Of a DNA stretch of 64,000 nt, positions 35,697-44,101 are shown piece by piece. Numbering within the stretch: position 1 is the stretch's first letter; the number at the start of each line of letters is the position of its first letter. Under the pieces are notes generated by a model that did not search any database, had not been told where the DNA came from, and saw only the letters and a list, made by a program, of their open reading frames with translations. The DNA lies in the UHGV virus genome UHGV-0225074; one strand, given 5' to 3'. The stretch comes from a virus. The position numbers and the translations under genes were made by a program.

Positions 35697-36001
35697 TCAG
35701 TAATCTCCAGCTCTTCTGCGGTATACACATCGTTACCTTCGTACACTGTACCACCAATACGCACGACGAATGTACGATCAACAACCTTACCAAAGTGTAA
35801 AGTTCTTGATCCTCCGCCCGTGGTTAAGTAGACATCCCGACTAGTGCGTGCAGTCCCGCACAACTTATCCTCGGAATAAATAGCCATCTCTGTCCCAGCA
35901 GGTATTGCTACGACTGCTGTTACAATTTGTCCAACAGTAGAAGATGTTCCCACAACTTCACTGCACAGATCTCTAACAACGGTATAGATTTTATTAATCA
36001 T
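35693..36001 (-). CDS. hypothetical protein (102 aa)
   Basis: ATGA-coupled. Confidence 0.4.
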   Translation of the reverse strand: MINKIYTVVRDLCSEVVGTSSTVGQIVTAVVAIPAGTEMAIYSEDKLCGTARTSRDVYLTTGGGSRTLHFGKVVDRTFVVRIGGTVYEGNDVYTAEELEITE

Positions 36002-36531
36002 TGTATTTCTCCTCTCATTTTAAGGACTGCTTGTTTGTGTGCGTTACTTTGTGGAACACCAGAGAAGTTGACCGCGATAAAGTAATCGAGGATCTGCTTG
36101 TCTGTTGCTTGTTCTAATGTTAACACAGGTAAGAATGGGTTGCCAAATGCTAATTGTTCTCCACGGGTCATGTCAGACCAGTACAGGCTTTTACCATCAG
36201 GAAGTACAAACGGGATCTCGTTCGTGATGAATAGATTGATCGTTGTCAAACGTTGTTTCCCATCAACAACCTCAATCCAAGGACCATCTCGACGGTCCCA
36301 GTCATCATGCTTGGCGACTGCCACATTTCCGAGCGGGAATCCAGACACCAATGTCTTCAGAAACTGTTGCTGTTCCTTTTTCTTCCACACATACGGGCGC
36401 TGGTAAGCAGCGTCAAAGAAATATGCTCCGCGCTCAAGCCAGCAGATGTGGGATTCAACACTGTGTTGACCAGGGTTCACACGGAACACCTGGAGTTCCC
36501 GAATCCGGTTACGAACGACTGGTTCACTCAT
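35998..36531 (-). CDS. DUF262 (ParB/Srx-like, GmrSD N-terminal-type) domain protein
   Basis: VVDGKQRLTTINLF matches the DGQQR motif of DUF262. Confidence 0.5.
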   Translation of the reverse strand: MSEPVVRNRIRELQVFRVNPGQHSVESHICWLERGAYFFDAAYQRPYVWKKKEQQQFLKTLVSGFPLGNVAVAKHDDWDRRDGPWIEVVDGKQRLTTINLFITNEIPFVLPDGKSLYWSDMTRGEQLAFGNPFLPVLTLEQATDKQILDYFIAVNFSGVPQSNAHKQAVLKMRGEIQ

Positions 36532-36902
36532 TTGCGGAATCCCGCTTCTTCTAAGGTGAGCATTACGTGTGGGGGATCACACCCATCATACCAGTTGTCA
36601 ACAAAAACTTTTTTATTTTTCTTAACTGTGCTAATTCCAGCCATATTCAGTTGCGCTATAAAGCCTGAGTAGATATCGTCATTGTCGCCAAACAACACAA
36701 GACCAGCATCATAAGCTGGGACATCTTCATGAACATAGATGATCATATTCCCGTCATAAGATACCTTCAGCCTAGAAGGCATGGAATCCAACTTATCTTC
36801 CAGTTCCCTGTGGGCCTTATCGTTAAGCTTACCGACAGGGAATGTAAGTTCCGCTATCACACCTACCGTTACACGTTGCTCGCTCATTATTTGTTCTCCC
36901 AT
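36528..36902 (-). CDS. hypothetical protein (124 aa)
   Basis: ATGA-coupled. Confidence 0.4.
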   Translation of the reverse strand: MGEQIMSEQRVTVGVIAELTFPVGKLNDKAHRELEDKLDSMPSRLKVSYDGNMIIYVHEDVPAYDAGLVLFGDNDDIYSGFIAQLNMAGISTVKKNKKVFVDNWYDGCDPPHVMLTLEEAGFRK

Positions 36903-37216
36903 TTATTCATGTAGTTAACAAGGTCTTTTACTGACCGTTTGCCATCAAGAGGGTAAACCATGTCACCCTCCATCCCGCCATGTGTCAGCATCTTTACTAA
37001 ACGATTATACACGGACTCAGGACGATTGCAACGTTTAATTTTCCATCGCTCCCCATCCGGACTGAAATATTTCTCTTCACAAGAAACATGGATCAGGTCG
37101 CCCATGTACTCTTTGAATTTGACGGTATGCATAGGACGGTGATAAATGTAGAATTTCATAGCAATCTCCTCTAATACGAGAAGCATAATTGAAGCTGTGC
37201 AGGGAGTCAAGTACAA
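36887..37216 (-). CDS. hypothetical protein (109 aa)
   Basis: First gene downstream of the minus-strand promoter at 37182-37210. Confidence 0.4.
   Translation of the reverse strand: MYLTPCTASIMLLVLEEIAMKFYIYHRPMHTVKFKEYMGDLIHVSCEEKYFSPDGERWKIKRCNRPESVYNRLVKMLTHGGMEGDMVYPLDGKRSVKDLVNYMNKWENK
37182..37210 (-). promoter_or_regulatory. minus-strand sigma70 promoter TTGACT-17-TATGCT
   Basis: Reverse complement of 37205-37210 is TTGACT; reverse complement of 37182-37187 is TATGCT. Confidence 0.45.
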
Positions 37217-37242
37217 AAACTAAAAAACCCGCCGAAGCGGGT
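37215..37242 (-). terminator. minus-strand intrinsic terminator ACCCGC-UUCG-GCGGGU followed by TTTTTTAG
   Basis: Perfect 6-bp stem with a UUCG tetraloop directly after the stop codon of 37243..37521. Confidence 0.65.
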
Positions 37243-37521
37243 TTACCATGTAATATACAATCGTGCTCTAATGCCTTGCATAGAGGGTTCAACTTCTACG
37301 ACATCAACCTCGAAACCTCCACCACGAAGATCAGCAATAATATGAGGCAAATAATCAAGCAGGTAATCCGGCAGATCTATCACCATCCCCATCCCCAAAA
37401 GTCCCTTCTTGGCACATTGGTGAATCCCCTCCACCATGTTGTCGTACAGCTGGTTCATCTCGGGCGGGATTGCTGCGTTTGCGATTTCTGCGATCCCTCG
37501 CATCTTGCTTGCGGCACTCAT
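37243..37521 (-). CDS. hypothetical protein (92 aa)
   Basis: GGAGGG RBS 8 nt before the ATG at 37521; lies entirely inside the 3' tail of the MTase ORF in another frame. Confidence 0.45.
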   Translation of the reverse strand: MSAASKMRGIAEIANAAIPPEMNQLYDNMVEGIHQCAKKGLLGMGMVIDLPDYLLDYLPHIIADLRGGGFEVDVVEVEPSMQGIRARLYITW

Positions 37522-38038
37522 CGTCTTGTCCCTCCAAAAAATAAAATGGCTTAAGATTCAGCCTATTCTTACGGTCCCAAATAAAGTAAGCGTAACCACT
37601 TCCGTCTGTTTTACCATCTTCAGTAAATGATGGTCTTTGAGACAACACCATCAGACTGGTGATAGGATTCTCTTGCCACCATTCCCATCGCTTCATGCTC
37701 TCAAGGAACCCTAACCGTAAAAGCATAATCACGACATCGGCATCGTCAAGTGCTTTTGTCACAAACTCTTGGGCCAATGAATATGGCGGGTTGGTGATGA
37801 TGCAATCAACATGATTTGGATAATAGGTATTGAGATAATCCACACCTTCACGAATTTCCCCCCAAGCTGAACCGAGAGGCATGTGATTATAGAACCTCCC
37901 AGACGCTCTACAAGGTTCCAGGTATGTCCATGAGGGGTTGATAGGGATAACATCCAAGAGGGCCTGTACGGCCCATTCAGGAGTCTCATAGACGTCATAA
38001 TCCCTACGCTCCCCCTTTTTCTTCAGGGGAGCACTCAT
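37355..38038 (-). CDS. DNA N6-adenine methyltransferase (small phage Dam-like); the C-terminal ~55 codons may be a read-through artefact
   Basis: YETPEWAV and DCIITNPPY (motif IV); the C-terminal tail is low-complexity (RDRRNRKRSNPARDE...GDGDGDRS) and overlaps 37243..37521. Confidence 0.55.
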   Translation of the reverse strand: MSAPLKKKGERRDYDVYETPEWAVQALLDVIPINPSWTYLEPCRASGRFYNHMPLGSAWGEIREGVDYLNTYYPNHVDCIITNPPYSLAQEFVTKALDDADVVIMLLRLGFLESMKRWEWWQENPITSLMVLSQRPSFTEDGKTDGSGYAYFIWDRKNRLNLKPFYFLEGQDDECRKQDARDRRNRKRSNPARDEPAVRQHGGGDSPMCQEGTFGDGDGDRSAGLPA

Positions 38039-38964
38039 TACTCGGCATTCCCAAAGGTGTCGATGATAACTTCACCTGCGGTCAGGAGAGCTTCGATTAG
38101 TGCTTGGCGATCACGAGAGGTAATCTCCAGTGCCTTTTCTTCTCCTTGTGCAATAGCCCCAACCTGTGACAGAATGCTTTGCAGCTCATCGATGTTGAAG
38201 ATATCGAAATCAGAAGCCTTCAGGTTTCTCACATCTAACGAGAAAGTCTCACCATCGACATGTACCTTCAGGACAACACTTCGGTCAGGGTCTCCAGTAA
38301 CGGTGTCCTCTTTCTGGGTATCTTTCACACCAACAGGGGTTATGATCGGATTTTTACCTGATTTCATCCTTTCGATATTTTTATCATCCAAGATCACTGC
38401 GCGGGTTCGTTTAGTGATCTCAACTTCATCCAACCACACCTGCCCGCCACCTTTGATTGTGTTGATCTCCCCGTCGGTCAATACACCTTTGTAGAAATAA
38501 TCGATTAAGCGATCGAAGTGTTGTTTATAGAACAGCACCTGGGTATAAATATTGGCCCCATCACCAAATGCCCCGCCCTGATAGTTATGGAACATAAATT
38601 CCGTCATTGGGGCCACAGTGCGCTCTTTACAAGCCAGCCATAAGATTGTCCCAGCAGAACACACCTGTCCCTCTGCATGGGTCACTACGGTTGCTTGACT
38701 CTCACGCATCGCGCTAACATAGGCCATTGCGATATCAACACGTCCACCGTAAGTGTTGATGATAACACGCACCATATCGTCTGGGTTGGCTTGGCGTATT
38801 TGTTGTAATTTATTAAAATGATCTTCCATATAATCCAAATCATGAATATAGATCACATGCTCATGAGAGGGCATTGGATAGCAGAAAGAACCTTCCCCAC
38901 CAAAACCACCGCCAAAGCCAAAGTAATTCTTTTTGTCGTTATTCTGCATCTTGTGTCTCCCCAT
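38038..38964 (-). CDS. ClpP-family serine protease-like protein with a C-terminal extension
   Basis: TYGGRVDIAMAYVSAM...GQVCSAGTIL (GxxSxG nucleophile context) typical of the ClpP/S14 fold. Confidence 0.5.
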   Translation of the reverse strand: MGRHKMQNNDKKNYFGFGGGFGGEGSFCYPMPSHEHVIYIHDLDYMEDHFNKLQQIRQANPDDMVRVIINTYGGRVDIAMAYVSAMRESQATVVTHAEGQVCSAGTILWLACKERTVAPMTEFMFHNYQGGAFGDGANIYTQVLFYKQHFDRLIDYFYKGVLTDGEINTIKGGGQVWLDEVEITKRTRAVILDDKNIERMKSGKNPIITPVGVKDTQKEDTVTGDPDRSVVLKVHVDGETFSLDVRNLKASDFDIFNIDELQSILSQVGAIAQGEEKALEITSRDRQALIEALLTAGEVIIDTFGNAE

Positions 38965-39433
38965 TCGCGTCTACAATCAGTTGTCGTAATGTGTATGCAT
39001 TCCGTAACAACCAGTCTATATTGAACCCTGAATCATCATCCACAAGGACTTGGTCGCTGTACTTAAAGCACAGGAGTACCCTCTTGGCGCGTTCTGAGGC
39101 TACTGCCGCTTGATGCAACAGCGTAAAGTGGTTAAGCTCTTCTTTGGTCAAACTCACGTACTGAGATTTTCCATCTAGGTAAATCAAATGTTCCAACAGG
39201 TCACGACGATCCGGGAACATCCAAGAGGCATCCCGCTCGGCAGCGGAACGACTATAAATCATCCGGGTAAAGAACCCGTCATTCATTCTATAAAGTGATT
39301 CAGCCACAACCTTTAGATAGAGATTGTAATACTTTGTCACCTCGGACTCGAAAAATTCAGGCTCGACGACTCCACAATTCTTCAGTTCCATCAGTCTCCG
39401 ATGGGAAAGAATCCCATGAATACTAACTGTCAT
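38939..39433 (-). CDS. hypothetical protein (164 aa)
   Basis: Co-oriented ORF. Confidence 0.45.
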   Translation of the reverse strand: MTVSIHGILSHRRLMELKNCGVVEPEFFESEVTKYYNLYLKVVAESLYRMNDGFFTRMIYSRSAAERDASWMFPDRRDLLEHLIYLDGKSQYVSLTKEELNHFTLLHQAAVASERAKRVLLCFKYSDQVLVDDDSGFNIDWLLRNAYTLRQLIVDANGETQDAE

Positions 39434-39440
39434 ACTCCTC

Positions 39441-39752
39441 CTATCGAGCTATAAGGTACTTAATACTTCCGTCTTTCTCACGGTGACCGATATCTACCAC
39501 ATAGTACGGTCCGAACTTGTCAACGTTCACCTTGTCACCAACGAATAACTCTCTCTTACTTTGGTACTCAATGGATTCCAGGAAGTATCTGAATAAATCA
39601 GTATCGTCTGTGTTACAGATGTTTTTCATCCCGCCATCCTTGTAAGTAATGAAAATCACTTTGTTACCGATTTTACCAACTGACCAGCCCTGCCCATCAA
39701 CTTTAACGAGACAATAAGAATTATTAAGCTTATCGCGAAATCTGGATGCCAC
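39441..39752 (-). CDS. hypothetical protein (103 aa)
   Basis: Co-oriented ORF. Confidence 0.4.
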   Translation of the reverse strand: MASRFRDKLNNSYCLVKVDGQGWSVGKIGNKVIFITYKDGGMKNICNTDDTDLFRYFLESIEYQSKRELFVGDKVNVDKFGPYYVVDIGHREKDGSIKYLIAR

Positions 39753-40368
39753 GTTTTTCCTCCAAGGATCTTAAGAACCTCTCCAACAAGGCTAGTTTAT
39801 CAGGTGTGTTCAGGTTAAGAACCCGAACTCCGTACTTTCTGGCTAAATTAACTGCGGTTGCAGTACCTCCCTTAGGATTTCCGTTCCTATCTTCTTTGGC
39901 ATAGTACAAACAAAATGCAGAGGGACGTGGATCGAGGATATTGGCCCCCAAGACTTGATGCACATTACGAGAATGGAGCGCAAAAGCTCCTCTTTTTCTT
40001 TTAAGAGCTTCAAAATTAGGATGAATCTCCTCAACCAGTGCCTCACGTACAACCTTTTGGTCGGGAATAAGATAATCAAGATAATCTAAAGGATAATCCC
40101 AGAGATCCCAGAGATTATCATTGTCAGATGCAAATCCATCCCAGGGAATATAGATCTCCGCCAAATGTGTACGATACTCTTCTTGCTTCCCATTGTCAAG
40201 AGATTCGTAATATTTTTGCATTCCGACCTGGAATGCTTCATCTGCACCACCTGCTTTTCCACTTCTCAAGGTGAATCCGCACCTTGCAAGGCGGAAACCA
40301 GCATCTTCCATGATGCTGATAACCTCAGGAGGGGTCTCCCTCGACCCCACGCCTGTATAATAAGCCAT
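39730..40368 (-). CDS. Rossmann-fold SLOG/DprA-like nucleotide-binding protein
   Basis: YTGVGSRETP...RSGKAGGADEAF resembles the DprA/YspA (SLOG) Gly-rich loop. Confidence 0.35.
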   Translation of the reverse strand: MAYYTGVGSRETPPEVISIMEDAGFRLARCGFTLRSGKAGGADEAFQVGMQKYYESLDNGKQEEYRTHLAEIYIPWDGFASDNDNLWDLWDYPLDYLDYLIPDQKVVREALVEEIHPNFEALKRKRGAFALHSRNVHQVLGANILDPRPSAFCLYYAKEDRNGNPKGGTATAVNLARKYGVRVLNLNTPDKLALLERFLRSLEEKRGIQISR

Positions 40369-40377
40369 AATCCTCCG

Positions 40378-41166
40378 TTACGAAGCCAGTGGAGTATAGC
40401 GTCCTTCTGCACGGTCGGCGATTAACGCCTTGGCAATGTCACGAACCATACCACCACGGACGATGTCATCATCTGGGTTGTCGAAGTTTACAATACCCAC
40501 ACCCGCGATCCCGTTCCGGCTCAGGAAATCTTCCACCCACTCCAGACCGGAGATTCCGTGGATATCTTTCTGAGAGGCATCCCCCATGACCACGAGTGTA
40601 CAGTTGTCAGAGATACGTGTGATGATACTCAACATTTCCTCTGGGGTACTCTGCTGGGCTTCGTCGATCAGGAGATAGCTTCTTTCATCGAATGAACGAC
40701 CACGGATGCTTTCCAATTCCTGAACTTCAATACGCCCATTCAGACCATCTTTAAGCGCATTGTAATAGGCACCGTCGCCCATACGTTTACGGATGGTGTC
40801 TAACATGTTACGAACATACGGGAAGAGTTTTTCCAACGATGTTCCCGGTTTGAAGCCGGAGGTTTTACCCGTCTGCACATAAGGGCGAGCGACAATGATC
40901 TTGTCAAGTTCATTCTTACGGAGCAGATCAGCAGCGTAAGCCGATGCCAGGTAAGTTTTACCTGTACCGAAGATACCTTTTGCGATAACAATATTGCAAG
41001 TTTGCAACTTGTGAAGGTAATCTTGCTGCTTGTCATTCAGAGGAGTCAGCGGTGGAGCGCTATTCCTTTCCTCATCGAATTTAGGGTGGTGCTTGGCTTG
41101 TCTCTCAGCACGTTGTTGCTGGCGAACGCTAAGTTTGGTTGCACGAGCCTCTTTGCTTCTTCCCAT
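40378..41166 (-). CDS. phoH: PhoH-like P-loop ATPase
   Basis: Walker A GIFGTGKTYLA, Walker B LLIDEAQQ, and a PhoH-like layout. Confidence 0.75.
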   Translation of the reverse strand: MGRSKEARATKLSVRQQQRAERQAKHHPKFDEERNSAPPLTPLNDKQQDYLHKLQTCNIVIAKGIFGTGKTYLASAYAADLLRKNELDKIIVARPYVQTGKTSGFKPGTSLEKLFPYVRNMLDTIRKRMGDGAYYNALKDGLNGRIEVQELESIRGRSFDERSYLLIDEAQQSTPEEMLSIITRISDNCTLVVMGDASQKDIHGISGLEWVEDFLSRNGIAGVGIVNFDNPDDDIVRGGMVRDIAKALIADRAEGRYTPLAS

Positions 41167-41176
41167 GTGGTTCTCC

Positions 41177-41731
41177 TTAAGAGGTTAGAACAGATTTTGC
41201 CTTTTTGTAGTATGCGGTTCTTTCTGCGAGGTGGTTAGTCCCGCCATTTACCAGCTTGGTGATTTTGGTGATATCATCAGCATCGCAAGCGGCGTTGATG
41301 TTTCTCATGTTCCAGTACCAACCAGCGCTGTCAACTGCATATTTCGGCTGTTCAAGTAATTCAGGGTGATTGACGAGATCCAACCCTAAGGCTTTACCAC
41401 AAGCTTTGTAGTTTGCAAGCCCGGTGACTTGGATCAGACCACGTCCCTTGTACTTAGCTCCGTCACCATCCTTTTCTGGTGTATTGCCAAGTCGCTTTGC
41501 AATTGGTCCGGTATCATACTTATTAAAGTAGGCATTGTTTCCAAGCTCTCTGGTATAAAGGAACTCTGCGGACTCCACCCCGATTTGGGAGAGGAAACCG
41601 GCAATGCGGTTGACAGTATTAATACCACCCTTCTCAAACAAATCGTTCAAAGGACCAATAAACTTGGCATTTCTGCCAGCCTTCGCTCCATTCGGAAAGA
41701 TTTTGTTGAGTTGTTCCAGCGTAAGTTTCAA
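41177..41731 (-). CDS. endolysin, glycoside hydrolase family 19 (chitinase-like) fold
   Basis: ...AKYKGRGLIQVTGLANYKACGKALGLDLVNHPELL...AGWYW... GH19 catalytic-region signature. Confidence 0.6.
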   Translation of the reverse strand: MKLTLEQLNKIFPNGAKAGRNAKFIGPLNDLFEKGGINTVNRIAGFLSQIGVESAEFLYTRELGNNAYFNKYDTGPIAKRLGNTPEKDGDGAKYKGRGLIQVTGLANYKACGKALGLDLVNHPELLEQPKYAVDSAGWYWNMRNINAACDADDITKITKLVNGGTNHLAERTAYYKKAKSVLTS

Positions 41732-41749
41732 AAGACCTCCTTTTTCAGG

Positions 41750-42130
41750 TTAGGCCTCTCCCACCGCCTCTTCAAAAGCCGCTTCGAGCTGGGAGGCTAC
41801 CCCATGAATCTTGATCGTAATCTTCTCTTGGAAGATCGCGTATCTCAGCTCTTCTTCTGTCAAAGCCTCTGCCAACTGGCAGACCAATTTATCAAACACT
41901 TTCTGTTGAACCCCTGTAGAGAGAGTTTTACGAAGGCGTTCTTTTTTCTCCTTTATTTCCTTGGCAAAATATACGTCTTTCTCTCCCTTCACCATGTTCT
42001 GGAGACTTTCAACCTGCACCTGCAATCCAGTAGCAAAATCCCCGATCAGTCGGTCCCACACCAGAGAAACAAACTCCTTTGCCAGAGAAGGTCGTAAGTC
42101 AGTGGTTACAACTTCGGCCTTTTTTGACAT
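41750..42130 (-). CDS. hypothetical coiled-coil protein (126 aa)
   Basis: TAATG-coupled to the upstream small ORF. Confidence 0.4.
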   Translation of the reverse strand: MSKKAEVVTTDLRPSLAKEFVSLVWDRLIGDFATGLQVQVESLQNMVKGEKDVYFAKEIKEKKERLRKTLSTGVQQKVFDKLVCQLAEALTEEELRYAIFQEKITIKIHGVASQLEAAFEEAVGEA

Positions 42131-42270
42131 TAGTAACCCCCGCGAGCGGCAGCGTCTGCTGCAAGTTGCTGAAGTTCTTCATCAGAAGAGCGTTTATTCT
42201 TCGGCTTTTTGCCACGCAGTTCCAGAGCCAGTTCCTTGGTATATGCCTTACGCAGTGCTTTCTTACTCAT
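42130..42270 (-). CDS. small basic protein (46 aa, MSKKALRKAYTKELALELRGKKPKNKRSSDEELQQLAADAAARGGY)
   Basis: AGAGGAGAATTCGA RBS; read manually; first ORF after promoter 42325-42353. Confidence 0.3.
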   Translation of the reverse strand: MSKKALRKAYTKELALELRGKKPKNKRSSDEELQQLAADAAARGGY

Positions 42271-42324
42271 TCGAATTCTCCTCTAAATTTCCTGCCGGAC
42301 AGATTTCTCGGCAGGATTACATAA

Positions 42325-42353
42325 ATCATACAGACAGAAGGTTGCTATGTCAA
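42325..42353 (-). promoter_or_regulatory. minus-strand sigma70 promoter TTGACA-17-TATGAT followed by a 7-bp-stem leader hairpin (CCTGCCG...CGGCAGG)
   Basis: Reverse complement of 42348-42353 is TTGACA; reverse complement of 42325-42330 is TATGAT; hairpin at 42276-42300. Confidence 0.5.
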
Positions 42354-42622
42354 CAGGATTTCATATGTTTTTGCACAAAAGCAATGAAGTCATCCGCGCC
42401 ACCAATGTACTCCGTTGAGGAGTCCGTCTCACGGAAAATCTGCGGGACGGTGCGAGGGATAACCGGGGCGCATTGCTCCACCAGCTCTTCCTTGGTGTAA
42501 TTCTTCCCGAGTGTCAGGTAGATATACTCGATCCCATTTGCAATGGCAAACTCCTTCGCACGGACGCAGTGTGAGCAGTTATCCTTACCATAAATGGTGA
42601 AGGTTGAATTCTTCAGATTCAT
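42350..42622 (-). CDS. glutaredoxin/NrdH-like redoxin
   Basis: FTIYGKDNCSHCVRAKEF (CxxC active site in a thioredoxin fold); adjacent to nrdAB. Confidence 0.6.
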   Translation of the reverse strand: MNLKNSTFTIYGKDNCSHCVRAKEFAIANGIEYIYLTLGKNYTKEELVEQCAPVIPRTVPQIFRETDSSTEYIGGADDFIAFVQKHMKSC

Positions 42623-42966
42623 TGTTTCTCCGATTCAAGAAGGAATGTGAATACTGGGATTTCTGATGTGTAGTCAACATCATACCCTTTAACTACCAAG
42701 TCCCCAACGAAACGCATGGATTCTGATATACTGCCAAAAACGGGATACGCTGCCTCAACCCTTGCAGGATGGCCTAGCGCCTGTTTAAGCTTTAATACCC
42801 AAGGGCTGGTAGCCTGTAAATAGATTTTAGCCTTAGCTACTCCGTGCAATCGACGGGAAATGGAAATTTTCATATCACTTGAGAAGCCTACCACACGCTC
42901 GCCTCCAAAAGTAACTACCAGCTTGGACGGATCGTATACTACAGATTCAAAATTGGCACTATCCAT
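42619..42966 (-). CDS. hypothetical protein (115 aa)
   Basis: ATGA-coupled to the grx-like gene. Confidence 0.4.
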   Translation of the reverse strand: MDSANFESVVYDPSKLVVTFGGERVVGFSSDMKISISRRLHGVAKAKIYLQATSPWVLKLKQALGHPARVEAAYPVFGSISESMRFVGDLVVKGYDVDYTSEIPVFTFLLESEKQ

Positions 42967-42975
42967 TATTACTCC

Positions 42976-44064
42976 TTAAAAATCCCAGACTTCATCTTCA
43001 GCGTCATTGACTGTCGCATTAAGACGATAATCAGTGTTTGTTTGTTCCTGATTCGCATTCTGTTGCTTGGAAGGGTTCATCCAAACATCCATGAACGGGA
43101 GAGGATCACGTTTTGGTGCTACGAAATCTTTTTCAATGCCGTAGTAATCGTAGATCGGAGCACAGTTCCAGTCAGTCCAATCTTTCAGCAATGGGGCGTT
43201 CAACCCGATGATCGCGCGGCCTTCACTGAAGAGATAATCGCCCCAACCATATTCATTGGTACGAACTTCATCCAGAATTGCTTTCAGCTCGTGTTTGATT
43301 GCGATAAAACTGGCCTTCCATACCGGGTCTTTCAGAAGGATATCGATAACTCCGAAATCCATCTTGGTATGCAGCATCTCATCCAACATAATTTTCTGTA
43401 CTAGCTGCCCCACCTGGACAAACACACCCTGTTCTGCAAGAGCGAACGTACAGGCAAAGCTAGAGATGAATTCAATACCTTCCAGCCCCAACAGGGAGAA
43501 CATCGCTCTCAGGATTCCTCGACGGATTTCCTCTTTGTCAACAGAGTCCGGGTCAATACGGTATCGAGCACCGAGGATCTCTAATTCACGCATGAATTTG
43601 ACAATGACGCCAGAGCGTTCAAGGACGGCCTGGTTGTTCTGAATATCTTCAATGATCTGGCGAGAATTAGGCAGACATTGACGAACAATATCAGAATACG
43701 TCAGAGCATGTAGGACTTCAATCTCTGATTGCTTCATCATCATGGCGAACAGTTCACTATTCGTGATGAACGGTGCAAACAGACAGATGATAGACTGTGC
43801 TGCAACACTATCAGCTTCCCATTGCCACATCAGGGTCTGCACCATGACGTCGTAAGTCGATTTGCTGCAAGTAGCAAAGTCAGTGATAGACTGGCTCAGT
43901 TCAACTTCATCTTCTGACCAGTCCTGTTCTTTCTGCTTTTTATACAGGTCAAACAGTTGCGGATACTTTTTATTAATGGAGTCATACATCCCCATCTGTT
44001 GACCAAGGAACAGTGGGTAGTCCCCGGTCTTATGTGCGGTGTTTTCTACGTTAAAAACTGCCAT
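42976..44064 (-). CDS. nrdB: ribonucleotide reductase class Ia small subunit
   Basis: 362 aa; ferritin-like R2 fold with conserved E/H metal ligands; directly downstream of nrdA. Confidence 0.8.
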   Translation of the reverse strand: MAVFNVENTAHKTGDYPLFLGQQMGMYDSINKKYPQLFDLYKKQKEQDWSEDEVELSQSITDFATCSKSTYDVMVQTLMWQWEADSVAAQSIICLFAPFITNSELFAMMMKQSEIEVLHALTYSDIVRQCLPNSRQIIEDIQNNQAVLERSGVIVKFMRELEILGARYRIDPDSVDKEEIRRGILRAMFSLLGLEGIEFISSFACTFALAEQGVFVQVGQLVQKIMLDEMLHTKMDFGVIDILLKDPVWKASFIAIKHELKAILDEVRTNEYGWGDYLFSEGRAIIGLNAPLLKDWTDWNCAPIYDYYGIEKDFVAPKRDPLPFMDVWMNPSKQQNANQEQTNTDYRLNATVNDAEDEVWDF

Positions 44065-44074
44065 TTTCTCTCCT

Positions 44075-44096
44075 CAAAAACGGGGCCGAAGCCCCT
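44075..44096 (-). terminator. hairpin GGGGC-UUCG-GCCCC followed by a T-run between nrdA and nrdB (attenuator or partial terminator)
   Basis: Perfect 5-bp GC stem with a UUCG loop followed by GTTTTTGAGGAGA (RBS) on the minus strand. Confidence 0.45.
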
Positions 44097-44101
44097 ACAA
44101 C

